Below are positions 36,186 to 49,305 of a DNA stretch of 64,000 nucleotides, one piece after another. Source of the stretch: Rhizodiscina lignyota (taxonomy: Eukaryota). Positions within the stretch are counted from its first letter, which is position 1; each line of letters begins with the position of its first letter. Location of the stretch: assembly GCA_010015805.1 (NCBI GenBank), contig ML978123.1, forward strand, positions 2,976,001 to 3,040,000. The letters are read 5' to 3'. The notes beneath the pieces were generated by a model. The model saw only the letters and a list, made by a program, of their open reading frames with translations. It was not told where the DNA came from and did no database searches. The position numbers and the translations under genes were made by a program.

Positions 36186-37314
36186 TTAATCCTGCACTTT
36201 GATAAGGTTTTTAACGCCTTCTCCGCGCGCTGTCTTCTCCCAAGCATCGACAACGTGCTCAAACGTTGATATAGAGCTGATAAGCGATTTGAAATCGAGC
36301 TGTCGCTTTACCAGCATACTCGCGGCCAGTTCAAAGTCCCCAGAGCCATATCGAAAGCAGCCCCGAACCAGCAGCTCTTTTTCAGATAAAGTCAAGATAG
36401 GTACTTCAACGTTCGGCTTTCCCAAACCGGTCTGTACGTACTTGCCACCCGATTTCAAGACATGAATCCCTGTCTGGATCGATGTCGCCGCTCCAGATGC
36501 TTCGATGACCACATCGACTCCGTCATCGATCCCGAAGGCTTTGTTCAGGGCCGCTGCGTTCTCTTCTGGCGATGCATTGCTGAGTGGTTTGAAAGTTTGA
36601 CATGGCAAGAACTGCTCCGCGAACTCCAGCTTCCGATCGATGATGTCGACGAGAATGATTTGGCTCGCTCCGAAGGCCTTTGCTACTGCTCCGCACAGCA
36701 GCCCGATCGTTCCAGACCCCATTACAACCACAGTCTCTCCGGGTCGAATGTCCACCAAACGTACGGCATGTACAGCAACCGATAGTGGCTCCACAATGAC
36801 GATTTCTTCAAGAGGAATGTCGGGTGGAATGCGGTAAACAAAGTCTTCAGGTATTCGAAAGAATTTCGTAAGAGTGCCATGCGAATCGGGAGGCGCAGCA
36901 GCGAATTTGACAGCCTTGCAGAGATTGTACTGTCCGTCTTTGCAATTTTTGCATCTCCGGCATGGGATGCCCGGTTCAATGGCGACATGATCGCCGAGTT
37001 CGACTGATTTCACAGCTTTCCCTTTCGAATGGACAATGCCGCACGCCTCGTGGCCCATGATGATGCCTTTTTGAGGATCGACCATTGTCCTGATACCTCC
37101 GTGCTTCCAGAAATGTACCTGGGTACTGATTAGTGGGAGATGGACGTGGGGAACGTGGATTTACATCGCTACCACAGACTCCGACGTATGCAATTCGGAC
37201 AATTATATCATGCTCGTCGCATAATTGTGGGATCTCACGATCCTCGAACTGGATTGAACCGGGTCCGTACAAAACGCAAGATGCGTTATGCATCTCCGCA
37301 GTTGCTTTCGCCAT
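36186..37314 (-). CDS. Zn-dependent polyol (xylitol/sorbitol) dehydrogenase
   Basis: GVCGSD/VHFWKHG across one intron (~37163-37119), MGHEACG, structural Zn CRRCKNCKDGQYNLC, GSGTIG, GCFRYG. Confidence 0.92.
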
Positions 37315-37900
37315 GTCTGAAAGGGCCGAACGTCAATAATCTCCGATTCCCAGGTTTCGATGCGTTGGTGAGATATGTTGAACCTTCTGTTTAAAATCTT
37401 CAATAATCCTATGTATTGGAATATGTATCCGGCCTCGCAATAGTTCCAGTAAATAAGTTTGAATGTCCAACCTGTGGCTCAAGCTAGGTGACGTCGTTGA
37501 CAGTTGACATGCAGTCGTTAGGAACAGGCTTTTCCACTTAGTCCTTAGACGAGTGAGATCAGTTCTCCAAATAGCGTTGCGGGTCGTTTTGGTCTTTATA
37601 AAAATGTTGGGCAGCCAAAGCAGCATGAACCATGATCAATTTGCAGCATGGTCACGTTATCGGGCCATGTGCCGCCGATCGGCCTGATCCGAACCACCCT
37701 GCATTGGTGGGGGTGGCAATTCTCATATTCTCAAGATCTAAACCCAAGATGTGGCATTCATTCCCGTGGACGGTCCAAATTCAAAAGGTTTCGTTCCATC
37801 AACGAGAAGCATGTGGAGTTTGGCGGGGCAGTGCAAGATTCTGATTACATGACCAAGCGAGTCCACCTGATGCAGCGAGTCGTACAAGATGGACAATTTG

Positions 37901-40012
37901 CTAGCTTTCTGAATTCATGTACCATGCTTTAAGTGCCTCGTCGATATCGATTGTTGAATATTCAAGGTTGTAGAACTGAAGCGGAATCGTATACGTCGAG
38001 GCGGTCGCTTTGTACTCGAGAGCAGCCGCCCTCAGCACTTTTGCAAGTCGTTTCGCCAGTGGCCACCGTTGACTTAGAAGACGCATAGAATATATCAATA
38101 AATCCACGCTGGGCGGAGCCTCATTCCCGGTAAATGCGGCATATGCTGATGTGATTCAATTAGCCACAGAGCTGAGTACGGGTCGGGTCAGATAATTTCA
38201 GTAAGGAAATAGCCTACCCAACAAGAACCGTGCTGCGGTAAAGACGGAACAGATGATAAATGGACAGAACCATGAAAGCTCCTTATCAGCAATACACCTT
38301 ACAGTTTCACAAGTATCTCCTACTGCATCAAGACATCGTTGGGCGGCGTGGGGCCAGATGTGGTTCGTGTGTTGACTATTGTGGATAGACACCCTCTGGT
38401 ACATTGAGATGACGGCACTAAAGTCTCATCAGCACGGATGGACCGAAATCAACAAGAGCTGCACTCACAAATTCGCCAAACACCTTACTAACGTCATATT
38501 CGTGCCGAATCCGGCTCTGGCCACATCTCCAGGTCTGCTTTGAGATGCCTTGCAAAGCGAATCCGTGAGATTGGCACGCCAAGTGGACAATATTTCATCA
38601 AGTTCTTGACATTTGTTCTGCCAAAGCGATCGCTCCGGAAGAGAGTTGAGATCAAACTTCTGCTGCATGAATTTTTGCACCTGGTAGAGCGGACCGGAGA
38701 CAAATTCGACGTAATTTGTGAATGAAATGGACGGATTCGGAGGCTGGACATCAGAATAGCCATTCATCGTCCAAACTTCATCGCTACAAGGCAGAATATC
38801 AGACTCGGTCACGCTGACCAACGAGAGATTCCAACTGGCGCCAACAGTTGATACGTTGTCCAGGATTTCCGCCATCCAGTAGGCCCGCACTCGTTCCTCT
38901 TGCTCGATCAGGTTTGGGGGAAGAGAGAGCATTCGCGGTGGTCTCGAAGAAGGCGAATTGAAGTTTTCTCCATGGTGCACGATGAGATCCTGAAGACCGA
39001 GCTGCGTTCCCATTCTGATCTCGGTCAGCGAAGACGCGACAGTTCAGACTTGCTGAGTGACAGACCTCTTGGAAACGGCAATCAGATTCCAAAAATCTGA
39101 CATATTCCCCGAGCTGTAATCTACAACAGCCAAAATGAGCAGGGCCTGAAGAGAATGTAGGCATACGCTACTTAATGCCTTAGCTACCACCTCTGCTCGA
39201 AGAGTGCGAGGGAGCTCTTTTCGTGTCTCCTCGCTACAGTTCAACTCCACGTCGAGCATTGTATATGGTAACACTGTGGCGACCAATGCTTCGAACACTA
39301 TTCGCTGTGGGATTTGGCTCACATGTATCGAAGTTTCTATGAGCCCTTCAATGGTTATCCGATGCAGGACCGGGAACCAATCATGGAAGTGATGGAACCA
39401 AGTTGTGCACACTGGGCGCAGAATATGTAGCGCCAGAGGGTCAAAAGCATTGCTGCATGAAGAACTGAGCGACTCAGTTGCATTGACATGGGTCGATGAA
39501 GAGATTGCATCTATCGGAGGGTTTTCGGTGGGTTCGCGATCTTCGGGGATAGCTGTGCTGTGCGTCAGAATGTGAATCCATGCAAAAATTCCACACGGGA
39601 CGAATAGACTCACTTGAGCGTTGTTGTTTGAGAAGGCGAACCTCCTCCTCCAGGACAGCTACTTCCGAGCTAAGCAGAAGTCGCCACAAAATATCAAATA
39701 GCATTACTCAGTCTATTTTCCAGCTCTGCAACATAGCCCGCTCGGAGGCCAGGTCTCCTTTTACCGACCGCATACGAGCATGGACGCTTGCTCCTTCGGC
39801 AGTAACCACAAGATGGAAGTACGCGATCGCATTTCACTTTCCTTTGCCTACAAAGCAAGCATCTAGATGCGTCCCGTTAGTTGGTGGGGCACACATGATG
39901 CCGAGAGATCGAGAACATACACTGTCTTGCTGTGGCTTGATCCCTCATTTTCATCAGTAGGAGATCTTGTGTCCCTATGTGGCGATTCTGGACTCTCATT
40001 CACCGTAGACAT
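37901..40012 (-). CDS. Zn(II)2Cys6 fungal transcription factor (multi-exon)
   Basis: After intron 1: CLLCRQRKVKCDRVLPSCGYCRRSKRPC...PGLRAGYVAELENRL. Middle homology region (WFPVLHR, LQALLIL, EQEERVRAYW) and C-terminal RWPLAKRL. Internal exon edges approximate. Confidence 0.88.
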
Positions 40013-41010
40013 GGCGCTTCTCTTCTCTCAAAGACACGAGGAAGAGCGCTGCGAGAGATGGCCCGAACGCCGCAAGGGAAAAGAGTATGGAACGCGACAT
40101 GGAGGCCCATTGGAAGGTCGAGTGCGGGGAAGTCGAAGCGGAGAGTAGCATGATATGTAGGGTCTGCCCCACATTAGCATAGGATTTGCATAACCACTCA
40201 TTGAGTTGCGAGAGATTAGCGTGTGGTGGTTTGTGGTTAGCTAAGGAGACGCCCCTATTTTCTTACAATGGAGATGGCCGTTTCGGGCCATGTCTTGCCG
40301 ACACGCGTCGCGCGTAGAGCATCTCCCGTCGCGATTTGTTCACCATCCGTCCTCTGTGCGTCTCCATGTCACATATGCAAAGCAGCATAGAGTGTGTAGG
40401 TTAGGTTTTAATGCGAGGTTTGGCCTCCTTCGCGTGAGTGATGTACGATCTGTACTTCAAATGTCTCGGAAGCTGCGGTCAACATTTTGGCTGAGGGACG
40501 CTTAAGCAGGTTTACCTTCTGTTCACCAATAATAATTAGGCCTTTAGTACTGACCTACGCGCTGGCAGAAAGCTACCCAACTTGTGGTGACAGGTAAATC
40601 TCACTGCTTCGACGGCGCTCGGGCTAATGTGCAGAGTGCGGACTAAACGTTGCTAATCGCGGCCGCATTGTCCGCCTTTTTATCTCGCACAGCCTCTTCT
40701 TGGAGCAGCACATCTAGCTCTTCATCACAACTATCGCACCTTCTGCGTCTCCGTTGCGCAGACCCACGCCATCTGCGGAAGCTAGACTGACAACGGGAGC
40801 GAAATCCAACCTTGGTTCGCATGGGTAGTGACCTCGTTGCGCGTTTTGTCGGAGCAGCTGAGCTGTTCGGCATTTCAGTGGCGCAGGCAGAAATATATCT
40901 TTTCTGCACTGCCTTCCCAGTTTCCAAGTCTTTTATCGCATTTTTCCCCCTCTACCGAATGCATCAAGAACTTCATTGTTCGTCAAAGCAGAGATTTGGT
41001 TTGCTGCGCA

Positions 41011-43272
41011 ATGACTACTGTCTGCTCTTGCCTTTCTGAGGATCACCCGACCGGCCTGTGTGTTACCTGTCGGCGGGTTAATTTTTTCACCTCCCCAGAG
41101 AGCGAAGAAAAAGATCTGGGAATAGGCTCTTTGGAGCACATTTCGAAGAAGCGGTCCTGTCCCGGCTGTCGACTCATCCTCTCACTTGCTCTCCCATTCT
41201 GCCCCGAGAGCGATCGATTTAACGATACCTCAATTATTCTTCAGCGCCGCCACACTCATGTTTTTAGAAGAAGGCCGACTGTGTCATTCGAAGGAGATGG
41301 ACAGTCGTCTACGGGAATGATTTGCGCCGATGATGATCATATTGGGGTTGTGGTCGACCCTCACCGTGACCTTCACCATCGCAAAGTTGTTGGAACAATA
41401 GCCAGGAAGTTCAAACCAGATGCAACATCAATAGCTCCAACAAGCACAGCGTTTACTTCCGAAGATAAATTTAACTGTGGAGGCCGTGAAGTCCAACCAG
41501 AGGCCGATATCAACTTGATCAAAGATTGGCTGCGATTCTGCAACACTTGGCACCACGAATGTCGACAACCAATCTATGAGGTAGCTGGGAAGCCCAAATT
41601 TCGTTTGATTGATGTTCAAGAGCAAAGAGTTGTCTGGGCTGCCTCGGGACAAGACTATGTTACGCTGTCATACGTATGGGGCCAGTCCACCATGCCACTG
41701 CTCACTCGAGACGTTGTATCCAAATATTCTTCTATCAATGGATTGAAAGCCTGTAATATGCCACGAACCATCTCCGACGCGATACATCTTGTGAAGCTTC
41801 TTGGCGAGCGGTATCTTTGGGTCGATACCCTTTGTATTGTGCAGGACGATGACGAAGATAAGGAGGACCAGCTTCCTCTGATGGGATATATTTACAGTCA
41901 TGCAATATTTCTTATAGTAGCCGCTGCTGGCAGTGATGCTCATGCAGGGCTTCCTGGTTTACAAGGTACCAAACGAAACATATCACAGCGGATCGAAACC
42001 ATTGATGGAGCGCAATTTATCACAGCTCAGCCCGAACTCAAGCACATGCTAGAAAATAGTGTATGGAATATACGGGGTTGGACCTTTCAAGAGATGGTAC
42101 TCTCTCGGCGTTCCATCATATTCACCGAGGCACAAATCAGCTGGATCTGCCAGGCTGAGTCATGGAGGGAAGGCATCAAAACCGAATCTTCTGTCTTTAT
42201 GAGGGTACGAGATCGTGATAATTCCCCATTGACTCCTTTTGTCCGCACATCAGAGTCTGAAAACTGGTCCTCGGTGTCACCTTGCCGCACGAGCGTATAC
42301 TGTCAACAAGCTCAGTTGTTCTCTGGAAGAAATTTCAAAGTGGAAAGTGATGTTATTTGGGCATTTATGGGAATACTCCACTTCTTAACCTCTCTTTTTC
42401 CAGGAGGATTCATCTGGGGCATTCCGTATGAATCAATCGATGCAGCACTGCTCTGGTCAGAGGACACCTTCTGTCACAATGTCCACTCACGTTATGCACA
42501 ACATACAATGCTGAGGAAAGGTAGCCTCTATGGACTTCCATATCCATCATGGTCGTGGCTCTCAAGCAAGATAAGCGTCAAGTTCATGGACCTTTGCGGG
42601 GACACCATTCATTCCGAAGTCACTTGGCATGAACCTTTCAAACTGGGAGATGAAGCATCAGAGGAATTTCTTAAGTCGGTCTACCCTCTGGCGGACTCTA
42701 CCAACGACAAGCATTGGCAGGAGCTGGTGGTACGGCCTATTGAGACCTCCGAAACACAAGCCATTGACTACGGGCTACTACACTTCACAGCACTGACTGC
42801 AAAGCTTACTTTGCGGCCGAGTCAGCCAACTACTCACGTCCTAGGGTCCAATGATAGCCTACCATTGGGAGCCGACACACCATGGTATCTCAAGACTGAG
42901 AGGACTGACATAGCGGAAATCAGAGAGGACATTGGATGTATCAGGGCGACGATATATGCTTCTAATGGAGATTCAATTGGCGAGACGATGGCCCCGCTCA
43001 TATTGTTCAACGAGGATTCAGAGCGCGTTGGCGAATTTGTTCTTCTTTCGTCTACCGTTGTGGACGAAGCTGATGAAGCTTGCAGAGAGACGGCGGCCGG
43101 GCTTGATCATGGAAAGATCATACACGTGCACGGATGCAGCCATATTGAAAGTCGGAATGTCATGTTGATAGAGTGGTCTGGGCAGATTGCGTATCGGAGA
43201 GGATTAAGCAGCGTGCGAAAGGAGGACTGGGCTAAAGTCGAGACTCAGCAGAAGACAATAATCCTTGGCTGA
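41011..43272 (+). CDS. HET-domain protein (TOL-like), intact
   Basis: About 753 aa, intronless. WLRFCNTWHHEC, FRLIDV, YVTLSYVWG, PRTISDAI...YLWVDTLCIVQDD, MGYIYSHA, WNIRGWTFQE, YPSWSW. Confidence 0.9.
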   Translation: MTTVCSCLSEDHPTGLCVTCRRVNFFTSPESEEKDLGIGSLEHISKKRSCPGCRLILSLALPFCPESDRFNDTSIILQRRHTHVFRRRPTVSFEGDGQSSTGMICADDDHIGVVVDPHRDLHHRKVVGTIARKFKPDATSIAPTSTAFTSEDKFNCGGREVQPEADINLIKDWLRFCNTWHHECRQPIYEVAGKPKFRLIDVQEQRVVWAASGQDYVTLSYVWGQSTMPLLTRDVVSKYSSINGLKACNMPRTISDAIHLVKLLGERYLWVDTLCIVQDDDEDKEDQLPLMGYIYSHAIFLIVAAAGSDAHAGLPGLQGTKRNISQRIETIDGAQFITAQPELKHMLENSVWNIRGWTFQEMVLSRRSIIFTEAQISWICQAESWREGIKTESSVFMRVRDRDNSPLTPFVRTSESENWSSVSPCRTSVYCQQAQLFSGRNFKVESDVIWAFMGILHFLTSLFPGGFIWGIPYESIDAALLWSEDTFCHNVHSRYAQHTMLRKGSLYGLPYPSWSWLSSKISVKFMDLCGDTIHSEVTWHEPFKLGDEASEEFLKSVYPLADSTNDKHWQELVVRPIETSETQAIDYGLLHFTALTAKLTLRPSQPTTHVLGSNDSLPLGADTPWYLKTERTDIAEIREDIGCIRATIYASNGDSIGETMAPLILFNEDSERVGEFVLLSSTVVDEADEACRETAAGLDHGKIIHVHGCSHIESRNVMLIEWSGQIAYRRGLSSVRKEDWAKVETQQKTIILG

Positions 43273-43556
43273 GTTTCGCCCGAAGTCCAATGCAATGGTA
43301 AATATTCCGAAAAGGGTAGAAGTAGGCTTTCATCAAGAAAGTAGAAACTATTCGGGTCCGACCGCCGACCACAAATAGCTGCATACTTCAATTCAGACAC
43401 CATCTCCAAGATCAGATAGAGATAAGGAGCTTGCGGAACAAGATATCCCAGTTAGTCAGATTAACAGCTTAAGCTTGTGATGGATGTGCTCGACGCCCTC
43501 CTATGAACCCGTTGCATTGAGATCAGAACTTTCAAAATAATCGGCCCTGAAGCAGC

Positions 43557-44833
43557 TTACTTCAGGAGCACCATGCCCTCGCAATTTTCATCAACTCCCA
43601 TGTCACCCAACTGGATATGCTGTATCTGCTTCGTAGATCCTTGGCCACCAGAGACGTCCAACACTGTAACTGCAGCCTGATGTGTGGTGTTCCCGGCACT
43701 CAAGGTATAGAGAAAATCACCAGCCGCTGCTACTTCAAGCAATCCCGGATCATTGTTGCGCAACTCAGTGTCGGAGATGACAGATGCATCTGTGAGACTC
43801 ATTTCGACGACACGGTCAAGGCTCCCGTCGGTGGTAAATGCGCTGTGCGTTGCTGGCGAGACAATAGACCAGCATGTCGCGAGCTGACCTGGTATCACGC
43901 CCTTCGCAATGGTCGTAGCGATATCTGTTTGTGGATCAATGGATAGTATCACCGCTCCGAAACTTCTGTCCGTTGCGAAGACCTTATTCGGAGAACCAGG
44001 AATCAGAGTGGAACCAAACAAGATTTGCGTCCCATCTGGTGAGCTCCGGACGTCATTTCTTCCCAGCTTTCCCCCTCCATCGACGCGGAAAACAGAAAAG
44101 AAACCGGGTTGAGTCGCGTTCTGGCCACCTTTAACCGTCGTGAAGAGTTTGGTCTCGTCGGCATTGAAGAATGTCTGGGACACAGTGTTGAACTTACCCA
44201 CAGGCGGTGTGGTCTGGTTAAGATCGAAGGGCCGCAGATCATCCATTGGGCCCAGCCCCTTCGAGGAATATGGTGCGCATGATATACCGGCTTTCGCTCC
44301 AGTTAATCCGACGCATGCGAGCTTGTGCTTTTCGCTGACAGCAACTGTATTTGGGAAGTCACCCGGTAGTGCCGCAGGTTTACCAACTATCGTCAGCTTG
44401 AGCGAATCGTGAGCTGAGATCTCTAGCATCGAGAGGGAGTTACTGCCTGGGTTGACAGCAAAGATGTTCTAAACAACACAGATCTCATTAGCTAGTCTAT
44501 TCAACATTCTGCCAATCCGCGTACATTTCCAACAAGCACCAGAGACGCTTGTGCAACCAGCGCATCCGGCGCCTGCTTCGCTGTTCCACCTGGGATAAGG
44601 ACATTGGAACCTTTGCCTCCGGTTGCTGTCACTATGCCTTTCGAGAGTGTGCCGTCAGAATTGATAGGAAGTGCAACGATCGCATTTTCTGCGTCGTTCG
44701 TGATCAAGTAAGCAGCTCTTGCGGGAGCGGACCGTCTTACTGCATGTCGCTCATTGTACTTATAGCTTGGGGATGCGGAATTTACAGATGAGATGATTAG
44801 AGTGACTAAAAGGAAGGGATCTTTAAAAATCAT
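43557..44833 (-). CDS. Secreted beta-propeller, 3-carboxymuconate cyclase/lactonase-like
   Basis: Signal peptide MIFKDPFLLVTLIISSVNSA, AAYLITND...DGTL...TGGKG, intron ~44522-44469, IFAVNPGSNSLSM, PGQLATCWS. Confidence 0.8.
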
Positions 44834-46104
44834 TGCGGCTAGAGCGACAGAATCTTGGTTGCACAAGAAAACAGTCTATCAGTAAATGAGGGAACGATAA
44901 ACGCGGAGACGTGAAATTGGAGAATATAAATTCTCCTCCATCTGAAAGGCTCGTCTTCCGGTACCTTTGACGCAGTTGGGTATTGGCCAATGGTTATTGG
45001 GATTTTGAAGCTCCTTCAAGCGGTATATACCAATTTCGGCCATTCCATCACATAAATCCCTTGCTCCATTCTCGTACCAGCCAAAGGGAGTTTGGGTTAC
45101 ATAAAGAGAACGTGGGAATCCTAATCTTTGACGAGCGCATGCACTGTGATATACTGAAACACGAATTCTTGAGGAGCCCTGGGCGCTTAAAGAAAGACAT
45201 TATAGGACACTCCGGAGTCATGAGTGGATGAGCCTATATATAAAAAATAGACTGTGGTTGTAGATATGGGTCTGTAGCGATGAAAAATCTTGAAGGCCAA
45301 AAAGAAAAGCCCCTGGGTATCGGCATTGTTTGTCCCCGAGCCATCGCTAGGACTAAACCCTAAATGGATAGTCACGAAGGTGGAGACGACTATGGATCCA
45401 ATACATATGCCTCCTCACTCTTTTTCACTTGAACCAAAAGAAGGACATAATTGCAAAATTCAATCAGATGAAATCCTGGTATTGATAAGTCTGCAGCGGA
45501 ACGGCCTGAACAGAATGTCAATGAACATATTGCTTGAAGGGAGATACAAACGTGACAGACATTGTATGAAAGTGTACTGGTAAAGGTTAGTATTCTCCAC
45601 GAACGCTGAACGGAGGTGCTAACCTCGCATTATATGATGTTAAGGATGTGACTTGTGCTTTCCAACTTTGATAGAATGTCGTCTCTCGCATAATTCTAGC
45701 TTCCGCACGCACAGCTGCTCAGTTACTACTGTCGAGCAACTCGAGAGCGACTATCTTCACAGTTAATTCTACGGCCTCTGGTATTTCTAGTCTATTTTCC
45801 ACTTGCTGGTGAGATTCCAAATATATATGTCTCTTCCACGTTTTTCTCTCTCCCTCTTCTCTAAAATCTCTCACCCATAGCAGTTCAGAATGCCACACCT
45901 GTGATAAGCGGTGATAAGCGCCTTGTCACAACACGTTGCCCCCCTTCACATCTTTCATTCGAGTCATCATTCAGACCGTCCTACCACATTGTGTGCCCCG
46001 CTAGAGGGTGTTAACTAGCGCCTTTGCCGGGTATATAAACCACCCTTCCACCGAAATTTTCCCTTCCTCAACCAACACTACAATCGTGATCTTACACGGT
46101 CGAA

Positions 46105-47164
46105 ATGGCGAACAATTCGCAGCAAGCCGGAAGTGCCTCCATCCATCAAGTACCCAGAGAGTGGCAGAGGGAATTATACTTGGAGACCCTCAAAAAGTGA
46201 GTGAAACACTACCGGATAACGGGTCAACAGATGCTGACAAAGTTTAGAATGCGCAGGGCATCTGAATACACCGACTTCACAATCACCTTGGGCGCAGAGG
46301 AGTTCAAAGTTCATCGCGTTGTCATATCCTCCCATTCTCGATATTTCGACAACGCATGTAGCGGCAAGTTCAAGGTATAGCTCATCATATGGCTTCCCAG
46401 CAATATTAGAAGAATCTGCCTAATGAGATTTTTAGGAGGCCAATGACGCACGAATCGAGTTGAAAGGCGACACTCTTGATGCGGTCAAGGCTATGGTCCA
46501 GTACTTCTATACGCTTGATGTCTCACCTCTCCCAGAAGGTTGCCAGACCACGGATAACGATCATCCCGGCGCTGTCCACTCTTTGCTGAGTGAAACCGAT
46601 GTCCTCATCCGCCTGGCAGACATTCACACTATCGCGGACAAATACGAGGTGGCTAGCCTAGCAGAGCTCGCTACTATGCGCCTCGACCAGCTCCTTAAGG
46701 ACAATCCGTTCCGTAAGATATGGTCGCTTGAGAGCATCGTGGATCTGCTTGCCAACATATACACCAACACTGTGGATGGCGCAAAGATTCGCGAGGTCTT
46801 GCGTGAGCATATCCTAACCCGAAACCTGCAAAAGTTCGTCAACAACCCGAAGGCCAAAGTGGCAATGATGCACCATCCCGAATTTCTGATGGACATGCTC
46901 ACTGGATTTGCCCGGGAGGTTAGTGGCGCTACGCTGGGATGCGGGGCTGACGAGCATTACGGTGCCGTCCTCGTTCGACAGAATTGCCATGGACACTCAT
47001 GTGATAGAATGGGTCATGTTCTTGAAAACGAAGTGATTCGGGCCTTCTTTCCAGGAGCTGCAAGTCACCCTCGCGACCGGGACAATAGCCTACTATCGAA
47101 TCGCATCGACCATCGGACTATACCTACTGACTATGACGACTGGGCCCGTCATCATTTCAGATGA
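46105..47164 (+). CDS. BTB/POZ domain protein
   Basis: Spliced YTDFTITLGAEEFKVHRVVISSHSRYFDNACSGKFK/EA...AVKAMVQYFYT, IADKYEVASL, HPEFLMD. Two introns. Confidence 0.88.
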
Positions 47165-47529
47165 TCACCGCAGTGTTCTCCCGAGGAGCCTCCATCACAT
47201 TCATATATTGGTCTGCATGCGCGCAAAGCACGAGCTGAGCAGAACGTCCACTACAATTGAATGGCGAGAGAAGAATACGAGAGGTGCAATCCTACACAAT
47301 TGCAACGGTCTGTGCATTTGATGAAAAATTTGGGCGGAAGAGTGCTTTGCTTCGACTTTTGAATTTCAAGAACCTGTCTTGCATGGAAGGAAAAGTTCCG
47401 CACTCGCGGATATACACCCCACATTTCCGTGCCTTTAGCCCGCATTGGAGTTCAAACCACAAAAGCATGTATATTAGATCCAATTGATTCACTCGTGATT
47501 CATCATAGAAATTTCCAGCTCCTCCAAAG

Positions 47530-48557
47530 ATGTCGGCGCACAAAGTGGTCCTAATAACAGCGGGCTCCGCCGGGCTCGGCGCGCAAATCGCACGCGCCTT
47601 TGCGCCAGACTTCCGCGTCGTATGACTCCAATTGATACCAGAATCTCTTCTCCGAGAAGCTACCATTGTATGCAAATTACAACTGACAACCTATTCACAG
47701 GTAATAAACTACGCCAACAACGCCGCCCGCGCAGACTCCCTCCTCAAAGAGCTCTCCTCCATCCCCTCCACCACGCCCAACGCCCTTCCCTCCCCGCGCT
47801 TCCACGCCGTCAAAGCAGACGTCGGCGTCAAGTCCTCCGTGCAGTCCCTCGTCTCCGAGACGCTCAGCACCATGGGCCGCCTCGACGTCGTCATCAGCAA
47901 CGCGGGCTGGACGCGCCTGACCAACTTCATGGACTTTGCCGACGGCACGGTCGAGGAGGACTGGGACAAGTGCTTCGTGTACAACGTCAAGACGCACCTG
48001 TGGCTGATGGAGGCCGCGCGCGACTCGCTCACGCAGAATGAAGGGAGCTTCATATCTACGTCAAGCGTGGCGGGAGTGAAGCCCGGAGGGAGCAGTCTGC
48101 CGTATAGCGTGACAAAGGCGGCACAGATTCACCTTGCGAAGGGGCTGAGTGTGATATGTAGCCCGAAAGTTAGGGTGAACAGTGTGAGTCCGGGGCTCAT
48201 GCTGACGGAGTGGGGCTTGAAGTTCCCGGAGAAGAAGAGGGAGGCTGCGACGAATAATACGAAGCTAAAGAGGTTGCCTACCGTTGAGGTGAGTTTGACG
48301 CTCTAAGCGACACTACCTTTTTTTGCATTGCGGTGGTGCTGTTTATGGACATTGCTGCGTTGCATCGTCGCTCGTGTGAGACTCGCGCATGGGTCGCGTA
48401 TTTGTTGGAAGCCTCCAAATTTCGCTTCACGTTGGGGATAGATGGCTCTTGCTGACTGCTAAATTTACAGGACGTGGCAGATCAGGTCAGGACGCTGGCG
48501 CTAAGTAAGAGCATGACAGGTCAGAATGTAGTAATCGACTGCGGAACGACGGTATAA
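47530..48557 (+). CDS. Classical short-chain dehydrogenase/reductase
   Basis: VVLITAGSAGLG, SNAGWT, YSVTK, RVNSVSPG, last exon DVADQV...MTGQNVVIDCG. Introns 47620-47700 and 48289-48470. Confidence 0.9.
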
Positions 48558-49305
48558 ACAAGACGCGCACGGCCATTGAGGAGCGCGAGAAACGAAGGTG
48601 AGTGAATTCTGTGTATAGAGAACAGTGCTTGAATCGCAAGCTTGCCGAAAACTCAACCGCGAAGACGCAAGAACAACGCGTGCAAGCTCAGTGTAGCGCG
48701 TCGAAGGGCAATTGGGCTATCACCAGGCATCTCAGAACGTCCAACTTCATAGAAAAGATTCTGGGCCAAAACTCGGCAGCCAGACAATGCATATTTGCAA
48801 CTTGAGTACATTAAGGTTGTTTGTTGTCTATGGTCATATGCATTGTGTCGCCGTTGACGGCATGCCAATAAAACACCCAATTGAAGACGCCTTTCCACAT
48901 GCAGGTCGCAATCCTCGAAAAAGGGGCATTAGAATTACAAGTATAATAAGTTGAGAAAGAGGAAACTCATGTCATTATCGGGGGAACTCCAGGATATCAA
49001 CATGGGTATCAACCTTCCCAGAGAAAAGAAAGATCTCGCACCAGACACGCTTCATTATTGGCTCTCGCGCCCTCCCGTGTTCTGATACAAGTCAAGCTGA
49101 AGAAGCTTTAAGAGAACGCTGCGTGTCGAATGCAAGGTCGGATTTGCTTTCGGTTGCGCGCTGAGGCACCCTGCCGTTCATTGCCCAAACACCTCCCATT
49201 CGTGAAACTAAGCCCCATCATCCCCACGCCTGCAACGAAACACGTCCATTTACTCCCTTCACGCCGCCGAAGCCAACGTGAACGAGTGTCTGAAGGACGA
49301 GACGT

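Noticed and set aside
40828..41010. N-terminal extension of the 814-aa HET ORF
   Set aside because: Begins at GTG; the first in-frame ATG is at 41011.
48289..48470. Long SDR intron with small hairpins, considered as a TPP riboswitch
   Set aside because: Lacks the conserved GCUGAGA context and the P4/P5 motifs; host gene is not thiamine-related.
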